A DNA stretch of 64,000 nt from Octopus sinensis (lineage: Eukaryota), in assembly GCF_006345805.1 (NCBI RefSeq), contig NC_043000.1:32984001-33048000 (forward strand). Reading direction: 5' to 3'. The notes beneath the pieces are model-generated. The model made no database searches, was not told the DNA's origin, and saw only the letters and a list, made by a program, of their open reading frames with translations. Shown here piece after piece: positions 50,554-64,000 of this stretch. The position numbers and the translations under genes were made by a program. Position 1 is the stretch's first letter; every line of letters begins with the position of its first letter.

Positions 50554-50589
50554 CTTTTACGTTTCGAGCCTACGCTCTTCAACAGAAAG
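50554..50589 (-). ncRNA. Minimal hammerhead variant (core CUGUUGA) in a short repeat (about 50470-50645)
   Basis: CTTT-CTGTTGA-A-GAGC(gtag)GCTC-GAAA-CGT-A-AAAG; a truncated sister copy without the motif is at about 48740-48797. Confidence 0.55.
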
Positions 50590-50648
50590 GAACACAGGGT
50601 AAGAAAATAGAAAAAGGTTTAGTGGCTGGCAATCTATCATGGCGAATG

Positions 50649-50705
<57 letters not shown>

Positions 50706-51001
50706 ATATATAATAATATATTATATATATACGAGAAAGAAGCAACAAGAAGGATTGGTTTTTAGTACAATTGTTTCATACAAAGACAGGCTTTATTACA
50801 AGTTGCAAAAATTGCAGCAGATAAAACTGTCCCGTACTCATCAGCTAAAATACATTTGAGTTCTCTAGACATCTTAGTGGGTGAGGTTATACTCATGAGA
50901 TATTGGAGATAGTTCCATTAGAGGCAGATATATATATACATATACATATATATATATATATATAATATATATATGCAGTTCTCATTTTCGAGTGGTTCTA
51001 A

Positions 51002-51032
<31 letters not shown>

Positions 51033-53498
51033 ACACACAACACACACACACACACACATACTCACACACATAGACACATGCATGCACATATATAAATGCA
51101 CATAGAAGAACAGAATGGAATATGAGGAGCAGGAGCACACACGAGGACGGAAAGTATCGCCAAAGAGGTCACAGATGTGTGACGAAAGATTTCTGGACAA
51201 TGGGCATGAGTTAGAATAAGAACAGGAATAAACGAATATATTGTGCATGTGTTTATTTGGCAAAAATAATAATTATGATGATAATAATAATAACAACAAC
51301 AACAACAGCAACAACAACAACAATAATAATAACCATCCCGAAATGTAACAATATATATTTCGGTGCGAATGGCTTTGACCCACACGTACGGGATACCCTA
51401 CTATTTTCTGTTGAGGGCTTATATGCCCCATTATTGGACTATTTTCCTTAGTCATTGCGCGGCTATGTCTATAAGCTTTGGGCTTATAAAATACCATTAT
51501 TATTATTTACAGAACAATATATATATATATATATGTATGTATTCATTCACTCACTCACACACATACACACATGTATATGCATACATGTAAGAAAATATGC
51601 AGTCCTCATTTTCAAGTGGTTGTTCTAATTTCGCTTTATATTTCTTACGCTGGTCTTTGGTATTCCGAATGACTAACAAGAACGAACCAGGCTTGAAACA
51701 GAAGTGATACTGTTTTAGTCGTAGGTGGACAGTGTTGGAACTAGCGGAATTTGGGTCTTTGTTCTTTGTTCACTTCAATTCCCCGACAATCATTTTAAAA
51801 TAGATCCACAAAAGTCGAGATCTATTTCAAAAAAGTAGTTTACGATCTTTCCTCGTTTTCGACTTGGTGTTGGTCGCCTTAAAGTTTGAGGTGATTTTAG
51901 AAACGTCGCAAAGTGCAGCCGCATATTTTATGAATTTTTGGTTTACTAATCAAAATGCCGTGTAACAATTAAAAAGTAGAGAAACATTTGCATGTGACAG
52001 AATTCAATATGCAAAAATAAACTGGGCTACTCGGAAGCAAGAACAGCTGCCAGTGTTTTTGAGGGAGAATTCATGTGTGTTTCTGTAATTGCCAATTCTT
52101 ACCAAAAGCTTGATTAATTAGTCATGAAGGGCCACATAGCAGGGAACAAACTTAAAACTCGTATAGGAATTGAAACTCTGATCTTGCAGGAAATGTGTAA
52201 CACTCTAACCACTAGGCTATGCACACCCTCACGCACGCAGACACACACACACGCACACACACACACACAGACACACACACGTGTTTGATCTATGTATATT
52301 TTTATATATATGTGCGTGTGTGTGTGTGGAAAGGGAGGGAGACAACCAGGGAGAGAGAGAGAGAGGAGAGAGAGAGAGAAAGAGAAATCAGGAGCTACGT
52401 TACAGACATATTTCAGAAAAACCATAATAATGGTTATGGTGATGCCGTGTAATACACCAGCGCACACCTTCACACGTACACAAATCATCGCACTCATAGA
52501 CATTCGTTCGAAGCTGAGGGTCTACTCGGTTAGTCAGGGTTCTGCACGAGCTCATACGCAAAAGCTCGGAGTAACAACGAAAGTGAAAAGTGAATCGACT
52601 TCGAATAAATACTACATGTAGGGAGTAATTTTACTCTCCAAAATCGAACTCAGGACACAAAACAATATTACGTCACAACTACTTTACCTCAACCGGTGCA
52701 GCTCCTTTTAATACCAAAATACGTCAAAAAGGAAACGGATCCCTTAAAATTCAAATGTTCACTGGACAAATTTCTTCAAAAAATCTCAGACCATCCTCCT
52801 ACACCCGGATATGTCTCCAACAATAATAACTCTTTGCTAGAGTGGGCCATGGTGCCCCATATATGACTAAAAGACTTCACCAGGTGATGCTATTAAGTTA
52901 GACATGACCTGGGGTTATACTGACCGAAACCTATCAGAGTTATCAAAGTTATATATGCATTCACACATGTGTATATAAGAATCAAGCGTGTACTTACGAG
53001 CCACAAATCGAAATATCTCGATGCAAATATAATTGTTTAGAATGAACAAAGGGCACAACAATAGAATATGGTGCTACAACATCAGCTGAGCATTCAAATA
53101 CATGCAAAAGATATCTATATAGGAAAAAACGAGATATATATATAATGGTGGGTAACAGGAAACCAATTCCTCAATTCCATCACCAAGAATATGGGATGTG
53201 TAAGTGACAGAACTAAAAGAGGTCGGCTTACTCGTTAAACCTCGGGTGCCATTATAATTGGTTATTGGCTTCTAAACGGCCACAATTACTATGTTTACTG
53301 GGCAGATTTGGCTTTGAGAGTTGGCCAGTCAGCCGTCGTTCATTGCATTTCAAAGTATTAATTAATTAATGAAGATATCTCTAATGAAATTAGAAGAATA
53401 ATTACCACCATAACAAGATATGTTCACACGGGGATAATAATTTTTCAGGATTTTCAAACTATAAGTATATCCACGAGACAAGTATCAAAATATATGCG

Positions 53499-53530
<32 letters not shown>

Positions 53531-53721
53531 TGTATGTATGTATGTATGTATGTATGTATGTATGTATGTATGTGTGTGTGTGTATTTATGTGTATGTATA
53601 TGTGTGTGTATGTAGGTGTGTATTTATGTGTGTATGTGTGTTTGTATGTGTTTATGTGTATATGTATGTGTTTTGTGTATTTGTGTTGAGCGTGTTTATG
53701 TGAGTTGTATGTATGTATGTA

Positions 53722-53777
<56 letters not shown>

Positions 53778-53849
53778 TGTTTGTATGTGTGTGCATGACT
53801 ACTTTTTTTTAGCAGAATTTGTCCTAGAAGAAAGATTTCTAACTAAGAA

Positions 53850-54660
53850 ACAAACTCTATCGTTAAGTTTGGATAACATCAACGCTAAAAGTTACTGAAC
53901 GAATTGAAGGGGAAGTCTTGTATAATTCATAAGTTAAGTTGGTGTCTCTATCTGTTGCAGACCTAAGCATGTAGTCTTTGGATTTTTGTGGCAGGAATGA
54001 TAATGGATTTAATGGCAAAACGAACAGAGTTACAGAAAGCCTCTTTGGAATATTCACTTTGACATATTTATAACATCAGTGACGATCGTTCCGTTTACAG
54101 TTGATGAGTTGTAAGAGCGAAGATTGTTGCCCTAGTCCTTGTGATCCTCTCAATGGCAGTAACTAAGGAAGCATGTACTTCAGTTGCCATGTATCAGATA
54201 TAGAGCCGAATAATTTCTTGTGATCGAGGCCATACTGAGCACAAGTTTTCTTTGCTGTTGTCTTACCCCGGATGACACAGTTTTGCTTTGCATATCAAAC
54301 GTTGCCTGGCACATCCCCACAGTCATTTCTTTTCATCTACCTCCTCATCAGTCACTATATTGTTGGACTCACAATGAGCCTGAAACAATTTGTGTAGAAC
54401 TTGTACAAAATGTTTAAGCGACCCCATACACTTGCTGGCTTCCGGTATGCGAAGTTCTCGACTGGTAGAACTTGCATGTGCAAGTTGTTTTCAAGACATC
54501 TTGGTCAACAGTTTTCTTTCAACTCGATAGTTTCATTCTTGGCAACAAATTTCATCTGTGCCATTCTAAGCTAATTTGGTATGCCCATAGTGTCCATAAT
54601 TCTCAAGATATACACATCAATGACTTTCTGTAAATTTCAGCACGTTGTACCATTAACCAG
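53850..54660 (-). mobile_element. Possible highly degenerate piggyBac-like transposase
   Basis: Frameshifted remnants resembling the DE...C..RQ..MQSK and RDTNLT...YKTS motifs. Confidence 0.3.
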
Positions 54661-55369
54661 CTATTAAGACTTTTCCCGACGCTTTCCCATTATGCAGTTT
54701 GCCTATGATGAAAGTGTCGAGGTCGACTGTCTATGTTTTACTGTTGATGTTGGTACAGAAATCTTTCCTAACTGTATTTTGCTACGATGCATTAAAGTTA
54801 AAATTCATCTTTTGATTTCAGATTTTAGAGACTTTCTTAACAACAACGCCCTTCTTCATGATCTCTCGTTATAATGCCTATAGATAAGAAGCAAAAAACA
54901 AACTTGTAACTTATTCTGGTTCTCTCGAAGATTATTCTACGATAGCGGGGTTTTTCGTTCAACGTTCTAATTTTCTCCTTTAAGGTAATTAACTTTCCCT
55001 CAAGAATTTGATGTAACGATGTCGCCGTAGAGCTTTCTTAATTTATGCATAAGCTGTAATAAGAGAGTCGTGATCTCATTACTCCTCTTACGTTTTATTA
55101 ACGCGGTCATCCGTCCAATATGGCGGAGTAGATTGCTGTTGTCTCTTTTAAGTTTTGTTTTCCACTTTTGTTGCTTCTATTTTATAATTTCATTGGCTGT
55201 TGTACTGCAGGTATTCCCTAGGTATTCTTTAAGAATAAAAGCAGATCTGTACAGGAAACCATTAATTGTCCAGTTACTTACATCGCACGATTTCATCTGC
55301 TCCCCAGCGACACCGTCGATAACATTCAACATTAAAGCTTTGGAATTTTTCTTTAGCCTTGTCGAGAAT

Positions 55370-55435
55370 CTACATTATTTACATTATTTACATTATTTAC
55401 ATTTGACGGATATTTGTCCTCATCTTGTTTGTTAT
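55370..55435 (-). mobile_element. Tail-only fragment of the hammerhead SINE
   Basis: (tacattatt)x3-tacatttgacggatatttgtcctcatcttgtttgtt; truncated before the ribozyme. Confidence 0.8.
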
Positions 55436-56191
55436 TAAATTCCTCCCTAATTCTTCCTTCAATCAAAATTTCTCTTTTCGGACAAGAAATTCCCGTCTTC
55501 ACGGGTGTCGGGTTGGGGGTATTATAATTCTCGATTGAAAAATCAAAGTTGGCGTATTGATTTCTCACCTGTCGCTGCTGTTGCAGTTTCAATCCGTTTA
55601 GAGTGTGATACGTCACTGGGTGGGGCAGGTTTTGACGGTTTTCTTGTTGCATAAGGTTGCACCTACTTGTCACAGGAAGAAAAAAAAGCGCTCACTCATT
55701 CCCCTCACACACATATGCATACAGACACACCATATACACATGCACACAGACACACGCTTGCACAGAGCTACATATACACACGCTTACACAGCGGTACAAA
55801 CACAGATACGCATACAGGCACACACAAACACACACATACACACACGTACACACGCGCACAAACACACAATGCACACGTACGTATTGAAATAAATTCGTAG
55901 TCACAATGGATTTCTATTTATCTTTTTGTAAAGTGGGTCATACAAGAATGTAAAAGATTATATAAAGATAAGTCTCGAGAACAAAGCAAAGCTTCTTAGG
56001 AAATAAAGAATTCGAAGTTCTAGGTCTGAGTGTCAGAGTCTTTCATTAGATTCAAGGCGGTGCTCCAACATGACCGCAGTCAAATGACTGAAACAAGTAA
56101 AAGATAAAAGATACACATACATATATTCATACACACACACGCACACACACTCTCTCTCACACATGCACACACACACACACACACACACACA

Positions 56192-56249
<58 letters not shown>

Positions 56250-57589
56250 GTCACACACACCCATTGATGATTGTACTTGTTGCGAAGTAGCATTAGCTAA
56301 TGATTCACTTCTGGTCCTTTCTCATCACCTCTGACTCGATCCCCCCGCCTTATAATCCCATTTTCTTTATGTCTTCTGAGGTGTTAAGCAAGGTGACATC
56401 GCACCTCATCAGAAATATTTCCACAAAAAACGAGAAAAAGTGGATCGATGGTTGAAATAGAAAAAATCAATCAATCAATTCCGTGTTATTGAATTGTTAT
56501 TCAATGTTAGCCTTTTAGAGGCAGCCTAGCGGAATGGCTTAGAAGTTCGCTTCTCATTTGCCAGGTTCGGTTTCGATAACACTGCCTGACATCTCGACCA
56601 AATGTCTTTTACCATTGTTTGGGGTTAACCCAATCCTTGAAAGTGAGACGGAGTCGATGGAAACTGTGCAGAAGCCGTTTCAGGTGAATTGTATTTGTAA
56701 TTGTAAAAAAGGTACAACTTTATCACGCAGTGTGCCATGCTACACATATCTGTGGAATACCCAGCCACTTTTATGTTGATTCAGGCGATCAAGCAACTAA
56801 TCATCGAAACTGACGGAGATATAGACCTTCTTGGGACTAACCAACAACAGTAACTTCGAAGGGATTTGCTTGTCGAGTTTCTTTGTTGAAATAACTCTAA
56901 CCACTTCTGTGTTTCCTACCTGATGCAATCCTAAATATGGTGCAGTCATAAGCGGAGGCGGTATTACTTTCAGTACTGTATGATATAATCCTTGGGGCAA
57001 AGGAGGAAGGGGAGCTGAAGCGGTGGAGCATCGAACAAAATACTTTGTGATATTTACTTATGCGTTCAAAATTACATGGGGGTAAACTTTACTTTTCATC
57101 TTTCCGGGGTCGATAAAATGAAGTACCAGTCATATAATGTAGCCCCAAATATGAAACAACCACATCTAACTTGAGTCATTTGATCTGCTTTGAGTCATCT
57201 CACCTAATTTCACTCATTTGCTCCAACTTCTGTCACCTGAACCAACAGATTCCACCCGAGTCAACAGACTCGGCTTGGATAATCTCAGCCGGTTTAAATC
57301 AAATGAGTCTGCTTGAGTCAACAGTGGCTTCTTGAATCCCTTGAGTTGACTTGAGTGGAAGTGAGCCGACCTGTTTGATTGAAAAACTCCAGTGACACCT
57401 GAGTTGGCTATTCAATGTTAGGTGTCAGATATCCCTGTTAGCTACCCAGTCGTGTCAGACACCCAGTATTATGTATTAGACGAGATTGTATCGATCAGTA
57501 ATTTCCAAAACCTGCAGCAAGTTTCCCAAACTCCTTCAGTTTTACACTTCATTCCTTCAACCCTATACGTTGTTTCATATTTGGGGGCC

Positions 57590-58110
57590 ACATTATATGA
57601 CCGTAGCAGGTGGAGAAGGATCGTGTATGAGGGAACAGCTACTTTTGAGAAATCTCGAGTTGCGCATGAGTTGCGTAAGGAGGAATGTCAGGAAGGGCGT
57701 CGCTGTTCCACTTCCAGATGGGAAGGGTCTTCCTATGATGCTGACATGCAATGTCTGTGCAAGACCCTGCCTCAGTAAAGCTGGACTCAAGAGTCATCTT
57801 CGTAGTCATAAAACGAGACAGATGAGTGACAACCAGGCCGCTGGTGGCGGTGCTACACACCATACTAATCATATCTGTCGGGCATGTGGAAGAGAGAGTA
57901 ATTCGGCAGGAGGACTTAAACGACATGCAAGGGTACATAAAGTCCAGTTACAACTACAGCCGGTTATTACCGGTAAAGGTTTTAGCTGCCAATTCTGTAC
58001 AAGACATTGTAGATCTTTAGCTGGGCTAAAAAGTCACATTCGATCACAGCACCAGTAACAGTTAAGCTTCGTGCAATGGCCATACTCGATAACGAGGGGG
58101 CAGCCATCAT
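57590..58110 (+). mobile_element. RTE-type LINE 3' end encoding three C2H2 zinc fingers
   Basis: DRSRWRRIVYEGTATFE, then CNVC..HLRSH, CRAC..HARVH, CQFC..HIRSQH; 3' UTR aagcttcgtgcaatggccatactcgataacgagggggcagcca is shared with the minus-strand copy at 21867-21915. Confidence 0.8.
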
Positions 58111-58578
58111 GAGTGTATGTATGTAGGTATGTATGTATATGTCTGTACATACGTACGTACGTACGTATGTATGTATGTATGTATGTATGTATGTATGTAT
58201 GTATGTATGTATGTATGTATGTATGCATGTACGTACGTACGTATGTATGTATGCATGTATGTATATATGCATGTATGTATGTATGCCTGTATGTACGTAT
58301 GCGTGCGTGTATGCATGTATGTATTTTGCATATTCATGTTTTTGTGTGTGTGCGTGTTTGTGTGTGTTTGTATGCGCGCGCGTGTGTGTATTTGTGTGTC
58401 TACCTCTGCTTCCTTGCGTCTTTGAGTATGTCCATGTGCATGAGTTTGTGTGATTATGTATGTGCGCCTGTTATATATGGATGTGTGTCTCTATATGTGT
58501 CTTTGTGTGTATGCATGTGTGTGGAGTGTGTAGCATGCAAGCACAGGTACATACAAATACATACACATACACACACGA

Positions 58579-58614
<36 letters not shown>

Positions 58615-59399
58615 TTGTGTGTGTGGGCAAAAATTCCAACTTTTTTTTCAACTTTTGTACCGTTGTACCTCAAAATAAACAAAAACAATATTTATACTAT
58701 AATGGAGAAAACTGCTTATCAATTAGGTATGCAACAATTACTAAAAGTACTAAAAATAAAGCAATATAAAAAACTTGACCGTCTGGAAATATTTTTATAA
58801 ATTCATGTTCTAAGAAATTGCCTTTCGATTTCTGAAGTTTATTGAATTTTTTTAAAATTCCAAACTCTCGCTAATTTAAATATTCATTGCATTCATTGCG
58901 GAGTAGATTTTAATGTTTAATAATAAACACTATTAATTCGCTGCAGACGACATTTTTCGTCTTTATTTACAACAGTCTCTCATTCTCGCTCGCCTCTATT
59001 TTCATTAATGATAATTTAATAATAGCTGTATAACTTTGATATGAGACACATTTTCAAGAATATTATCAGATTTTCGGAGTTTATTAAATGAATATTTTTG
59101 ATAAAAGGAAAATTCTTTAATATACCGGTATAATTTTTTGTTTTTTAAATGAGCTGATTTTGTTGGAATGTCTACATGGAACGCTATAAGCCTTACAACA
59201 GTAACTATGTGATCGCTGCTATTTCTAGCACCCTAAACAAGATAGCTTTTAGCGAGCTTTCATTTATATATAATATGCGACTGAAAAAAGAAAATTTAGC
59301 CGCAAAGTCACAACGGCAGAGAGAAAGACGGGCAACTGAATCAGATGAAACAAATGCCTGAATAGGCACGGAGACGTAGACATGATTCTGCTTCCGCTA

Positions 59400-60796
59400 C
59401 ACACGACCGACTGGTTAGGGTATCTCGAGAGGAGAATATTCTACTTCAAAATAATGGTGTCAGATCACAAATTATTGATGCAACACTAAAGAGATCTTTT
59501 CTTAGCGATCATGTAGAAGTAGTGGAGTTGACACCCAATCTAAGACTTCTTACAGAAGGTCATTCTAATGAGAGTTTGCTAATTACCTTCTTGATGTAGG
59601 AAATGGTAACATTTCTGTTGAACAAAGTCTAGGTGAATTCAAAATCAAGACTACCCAATAATCTTTGCCTTGAAAGTGGTACCCTTTCAGATCTATGTGA
59701 TTTTGTATATGCTGACCTCAAAAATAACTTCTCAAACCCTATGTGGCTTGCAAATAGAACCATTGTTACTCCAACAAATGAAGCAGCAGATTTTGTGAAT
59801 GATTTTCTGTTGACCAGGATCCCCGGTGAGCTAAAAATATACAGAAGCTCAGATACAGCTGATAATGAAACTCTGTATCCAATTGAGTTCATCCACAGAC
59901 TCATACCATCAGGGTTGTCCATCACACATTCTCAAACTGAAGAAGAAAAAAAAAATGATGCATAATGCTTCTGAGAAATTTAGATGCTACATTGCAATGG
60001 CCCACACTACATCATTGTCAGTTTACATGATCATGTTATATTGAAGCTGAGGTTGCTTCTGGTCCTTATGCAGGATCAACTCTGCGAATCCAAAGAATAC
60101 TAGGAGTGGCTGTGTGGTAAGTAGCTTGCTAACCAACCACATGGTTCTGGGTTCAGTCCCACTGCGTGGCATCTTGGGCAAGTGTCTTCTACTATAGCCT
60201 CGGGCCGACCAAAGCCTTGTGAGTGGATTTGGTAGACGGAAACTGAAAGAAGCCCGTCGTATATATGTATATATATATATATGCGTGTGTGTGTTTGTGT
60301 GTATGTGTTTATCCCCCTAGCATTGCTTGACAACCGATGCTGGTGTGTTTATGTCCCCGTTACTTTGCGGTTCGGCAAAAGAGACCGATAGAATAAGTAC
60401 TGGGCTTACAAAAGAATAAGTCCCGGGGTCGAGTTGCTCGATTAAAGGCGGTGCTCCAGCATGGCCGCAGTCAAATGACTGAAACAAGTAAAAGAGTAAA
60501 AAGAGTAAAGAGTATCTCAAGAAATGGAATTTCCATTCACATTTACATGCAAACTATTTCTTGGCAAGCCAGCTTTTGCCTTGATCTGTCTAAAATCTGC
60601 CACTCTGCAACAAGGCACAGGGACAGATTTTAGAACAAATTGGAATATATCTTCCGACACAATTCTTCTCACATGGTCAAGCTGTATGTTACATCCTCAA
60701 GAGTTCGAAAGACGGCTAATGTAAAAATATTGGCCGAGAGAAATGGAAACAGTGTGATCACTGACAACTGTGTCTACAAGGAGATGCTGCTTTAAA
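59400..60796 (+). mobile_element. Helitron PIF1-like helicase remnant interrupted by a SINE
   Basis: WLANRTIVTPTNE...IPGELKIYRSSD...YPIEFIHRLIPSGL; after the SINE: EFPFTF...FSHGQLYVTSSRV...DNCVYKEMLL-stop. Confidence 0.85.
60102..60514 (+). mobile_element. SINE family B, full length
   Basis: Complete head, body, (TA)(TG) repeat and (gtaaaaga)n tail. Confidence 0.92.
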
Positions 60797-61101
60797 GCAA
60801 AATATGCTTTTTAGCAAGTTTTCAGTAAATATGATTAACACATAAATTATATGTGAAGTAACGAATATCTGAGTGCAATTAAATTGTTTTCGCATATTTC
60901 AACACATGCTGCATGAATGATATCATTATATTAGATCATTTTAAATTTGGGTCTATTTGAAAAAGTAAAGAAACGTCATTCCTATGTGTTCTCACAGCAC
61001 CAGACTTGTGTATGTGTGTGTGTGTGTGTGTGTGTATGTGTGTGTGTGTGTGTATGCGAGTATCTCTCCATCCATCCATCCATCCATCCATCCATCCATC
61101 C

Positions 61102-61190
<89 letters not shown>

Positions 61191-61297
61191 AGTGACTTTC
61201 TCTCTCTCTTTCATTTTCATCTTCTTTCGTGTGTAAAACTCAACTTGCGCTTGGAACATGCTCAAAATAGGCAGTATAAATGTACGTGGCTAGGGAT

Positions 61298-61709
61298 CGA
61301 AAAGAAGAACAAGTCAACATCATCGGTAACCACTGAGCAGCAGGTTTTATGTCGGAGTTAGCCTAGTTACCTGAGTTACCATCTCCTAGAAGGATGCCCT
61401 AACAAAGGCTAGGAGTCCTTCACTCCCAATGGTTTAACCGCGCGATCGGGTATTCAGTCCGATTATTTCTATGTCCCCGCGCATGATACAGCCTTAAGAC
61501 ATTTATTGGATGGCCGTTGACTCTCAAGAGCTCCTCCGCCCTTTGACGGGTTTTGTTTATCATCCCGCAGGGTGTCCAATAAACACCCTCCTCATCAAGC
61601 AAGCTTGGTGGGGTTGCCGGTTTAGTCGCCGACTACCCGACCATGCAACAGGTTGTATTGGGTTACATGTTACCAGTAGCACTCGAAAGTGACCTGACAT
61701 ATATACATA
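61298..61709 (+). mobile_element. Dispersed about 400-bp repeat (copy 2), ending in microsatellite
   Basis: Near-identical to 22024-22416; followed by (TATG)n. Confidence 0.85.
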
Positions 61710-62110
61710 TATACATATATTATATATCTGTATGTATGTATGTATGTATGTATGTATGTATGTATGTATGTATGTATGTATGTATGTATGTATGTGTATG
61801 TATGTATGTATGTATGTATGTGTGTATGTATGTGTGTATGTATGTATGTATGTATGTATATATGTATGTGTGTATGTATGTATGTATGTATGTATGAGTA
61901 TTTGTTTGTCCATCTAACCAATTAACGATAATAGTGAAATAATCCGTATAAAATATATGAGGTCATTATTGAACTAGATAATTAAATAATATACTTTTGA
62001 TTAATTCACATTCATTTGTTTTTATTCTTTTTTTCCTTTCCATTTTCATTCGAGACCGATAATATATTCTAAATTATCACCATTGTTTATTATTATTATT
62101 ATTATTATTA

Positions 62111-62172
<62 letters not shown>

Positions 62173-62614
62173 GTTATTGTTATTATTATTTTGGTCTGAT
62201 TGTTTTGTGTGTATGAGTGTGGTTTTTTGTCGTCTGTTTTTGTTGAATTTATTTTAGAAGAAATCTCATGTCGCTTTAACAAATCTGGTTGTTCAGTGAA
62301 AGTTCATAACAGCAGACGTTTCTCGCATTTATTCATGCGATCTGATCAGAAAGGCGTATTATAGTTAGAAAGGCACGTCAGCGGCTTTGATTTATGACTT
62401 GTGTTTACATCGCAGCATCTGGTAAAAAGAATCTCTTTGCTTTGTTCTTGTTCAATTAAGTTTTCTTTTTTTAACTTTCTCTTTTTATCTGCTGCTCTTT
62501 TAGAGATTTCTGCTCGGAAACAACTACATTAGCTTTCAATTTATTTCCGCGCAAGGGTTTCTTTCTCGTGATTAACGTCGCCATCTTATTTCTGCTTTTT
62601 ACAAACACTGCTTG

Positions 62615-62662
<48 letters not shown>

Positions 62663-62743
62663 TGTGTGTGTATGTGAATGTGAGCACGAGGGTGTGTATG
62701 CATATCTATTTGTATATGTATATATGGATATATGTCTGTATGC

Positions 62744-62820
<77 letters not shown>

Positions 62821-62882
62821 CCTACCTACCTATCTCTCTCTCTCTCGCTCTCTCTCTTTATATATATATATAATATATATAT

Positions 62883-63969
62883 ATATGTTAATAAAATAGA
62901 ACATATGCATATATATAAACATATATGTACGTACCTACCTCTACATGTACATATACACGCATATATGTGTACAGGACACCAAAAAGACGTCGAACACATA
63001 GAGAGACGAAACACATGGACACAAACCAAGGAACAAGACAAGCAAAAAAAAAAAAAAAAAGGAGATATACAGGACAATAAGCACAACGAAAAATCCCCTT
63101 CTTCAGTCGCTAAGATTTCATCTACTAAACGTTTCGAAGGATAAAAGCGAGACATATACTTCGAAGAAAAATTCCTTCCCGCGAAAAGCAAATCAATTAA
63201 AATTCTGAGATCTTTTCGCAGAGGGGTAAAAAAAAGCAAGACGGTAACGACAGTACAAACATATAAACAGTAAAAAATATATATATAAACAGTGGAAAAA
63301 TAAATATATAACAGTGAGAGACAGGACAAGGAGAACAAGATAAGAAGGGCTGTTAACGCCAGACGAAAAAAGTATTGCAAACGCTGGATTATCGTGGACG
63401 ACGAGAGAGGGAAAATTTGTCGACCAGAAGCCTTACAAGGCGGGCGAGAAAAGACAGGATAGCAGTTACGACGGAAGTATCGTCGCAGATGGACGACGGG
63501 AATGGGGGAGGAGGAGCAAGAGGAAGAGAGAGAAGAAGGGGAATGGTGCGAGGAGACCATGAAGAATGGTGAAAGGGAGAGAGAGAATGAAGAATGAGAG
63601 AGAGAGGAAGAGACAAGTTAAGTGAGGGAAAAAAAGACGAAAAAGGGAATGGGAGAGAAAGAAAGAAAGATGCAGAGTCGCGTGAGAGTTAATATCAAGG
63701 CTAACTTGATAAACAGAACAATCTTACTTAATAGGGTGCGTGCGTTTAGTCGTATAATATGTTAATAAAATAGAACATATGCATATATATAAACATATAT
63801 GTACGTACCTACCTCTACATGTACATATACACGCATATATGTGTACAGGACACCAAAAAGACGTCGAACACATAGAGAGACGAAACACATGGACACAAAC
63901 CAAGGAACAAGACAAGCAAAAAAAAAAAAAAAAAGGAGAGATACAGGACAATAAGCACAACGAAAAATC

Positions 63970-63973
<4 letters not shown>
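62883..63973 (+). repeat. 217-bp direct repeat pair (62883-63099 and 63757-63973)
   Basis: Near-identical copies, 874 bp apart; one clear substitution (gatatac/gagatac). Confidence 0.9.

Positions 63974-64000
<27 letters not shown>

Noticed and set aside
57486-58058. Host C2H2 zinc-finger gene
   Set aside because: Embedded in an RTE 3' end with a 3' UTR shared with another LINE copy; the linkers are not TGEKP-type.
62471-62584. AAGATGGCG (YY1-like/start context) opening a 37-aa minus-strand ORF
   Set aside because: Short, ends in a stop with no donor site or recognisable homology; a single motif is not enough to call a promoter or gene.
63093-63142. Circularly permuted (type II) hammerhead on the minus strand: GAAACGTT...CTGAAGA
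   Set aside because: Helix I does not close and helix II relies on G-U pairs; kept only as a hint in the direct-repeat finding.

Overview
AT-rich, microsatellite-dense animal genomic DNA. The SINE families and repeat landscape suggest a cephalopod, probably Octopus (inference, not proven). One host gene is well supported: a + strand LHFPL3/4/5 (TMHS)-family tetraspan gene with three coding exons (30349-30757, 42555-42788, 47812-47939; 771 nt, 256 aa, GT-AG introns, both phase 1) and a possible GC-rich 5' region at about 25.7 kb. The rest is transposon debris: several tRNA-derived SINE families (some with TSDs), R4/Dong-like RLE LINEs, RTE and CR1-like LINEs, a Penelope-like element (PLE) with a GIY-YIG domain, mariner, piggyBac and Helitron fragments, and long foldback/MITE palindromes. 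The most striking unexplained signal is a set of minimal type I hammerhead-ribozyme motifs (CUGANGA...GAAACGUH with palindromic ACGU helix III) in at least three short repeat families. These include a tRNA-headed SINE, a palindromic insertion with a TSD, and a motif downstream of the PLE ORF. There is also a candidate HDV-like fold at the 5' end of an RTE derivative and a 139-bp near-perfect hairpin in intron 2 of the gene. All family assignments come from motifs read by eye; no database searches or folding computations were run, and the boundaries of degenerate elements are approximate.
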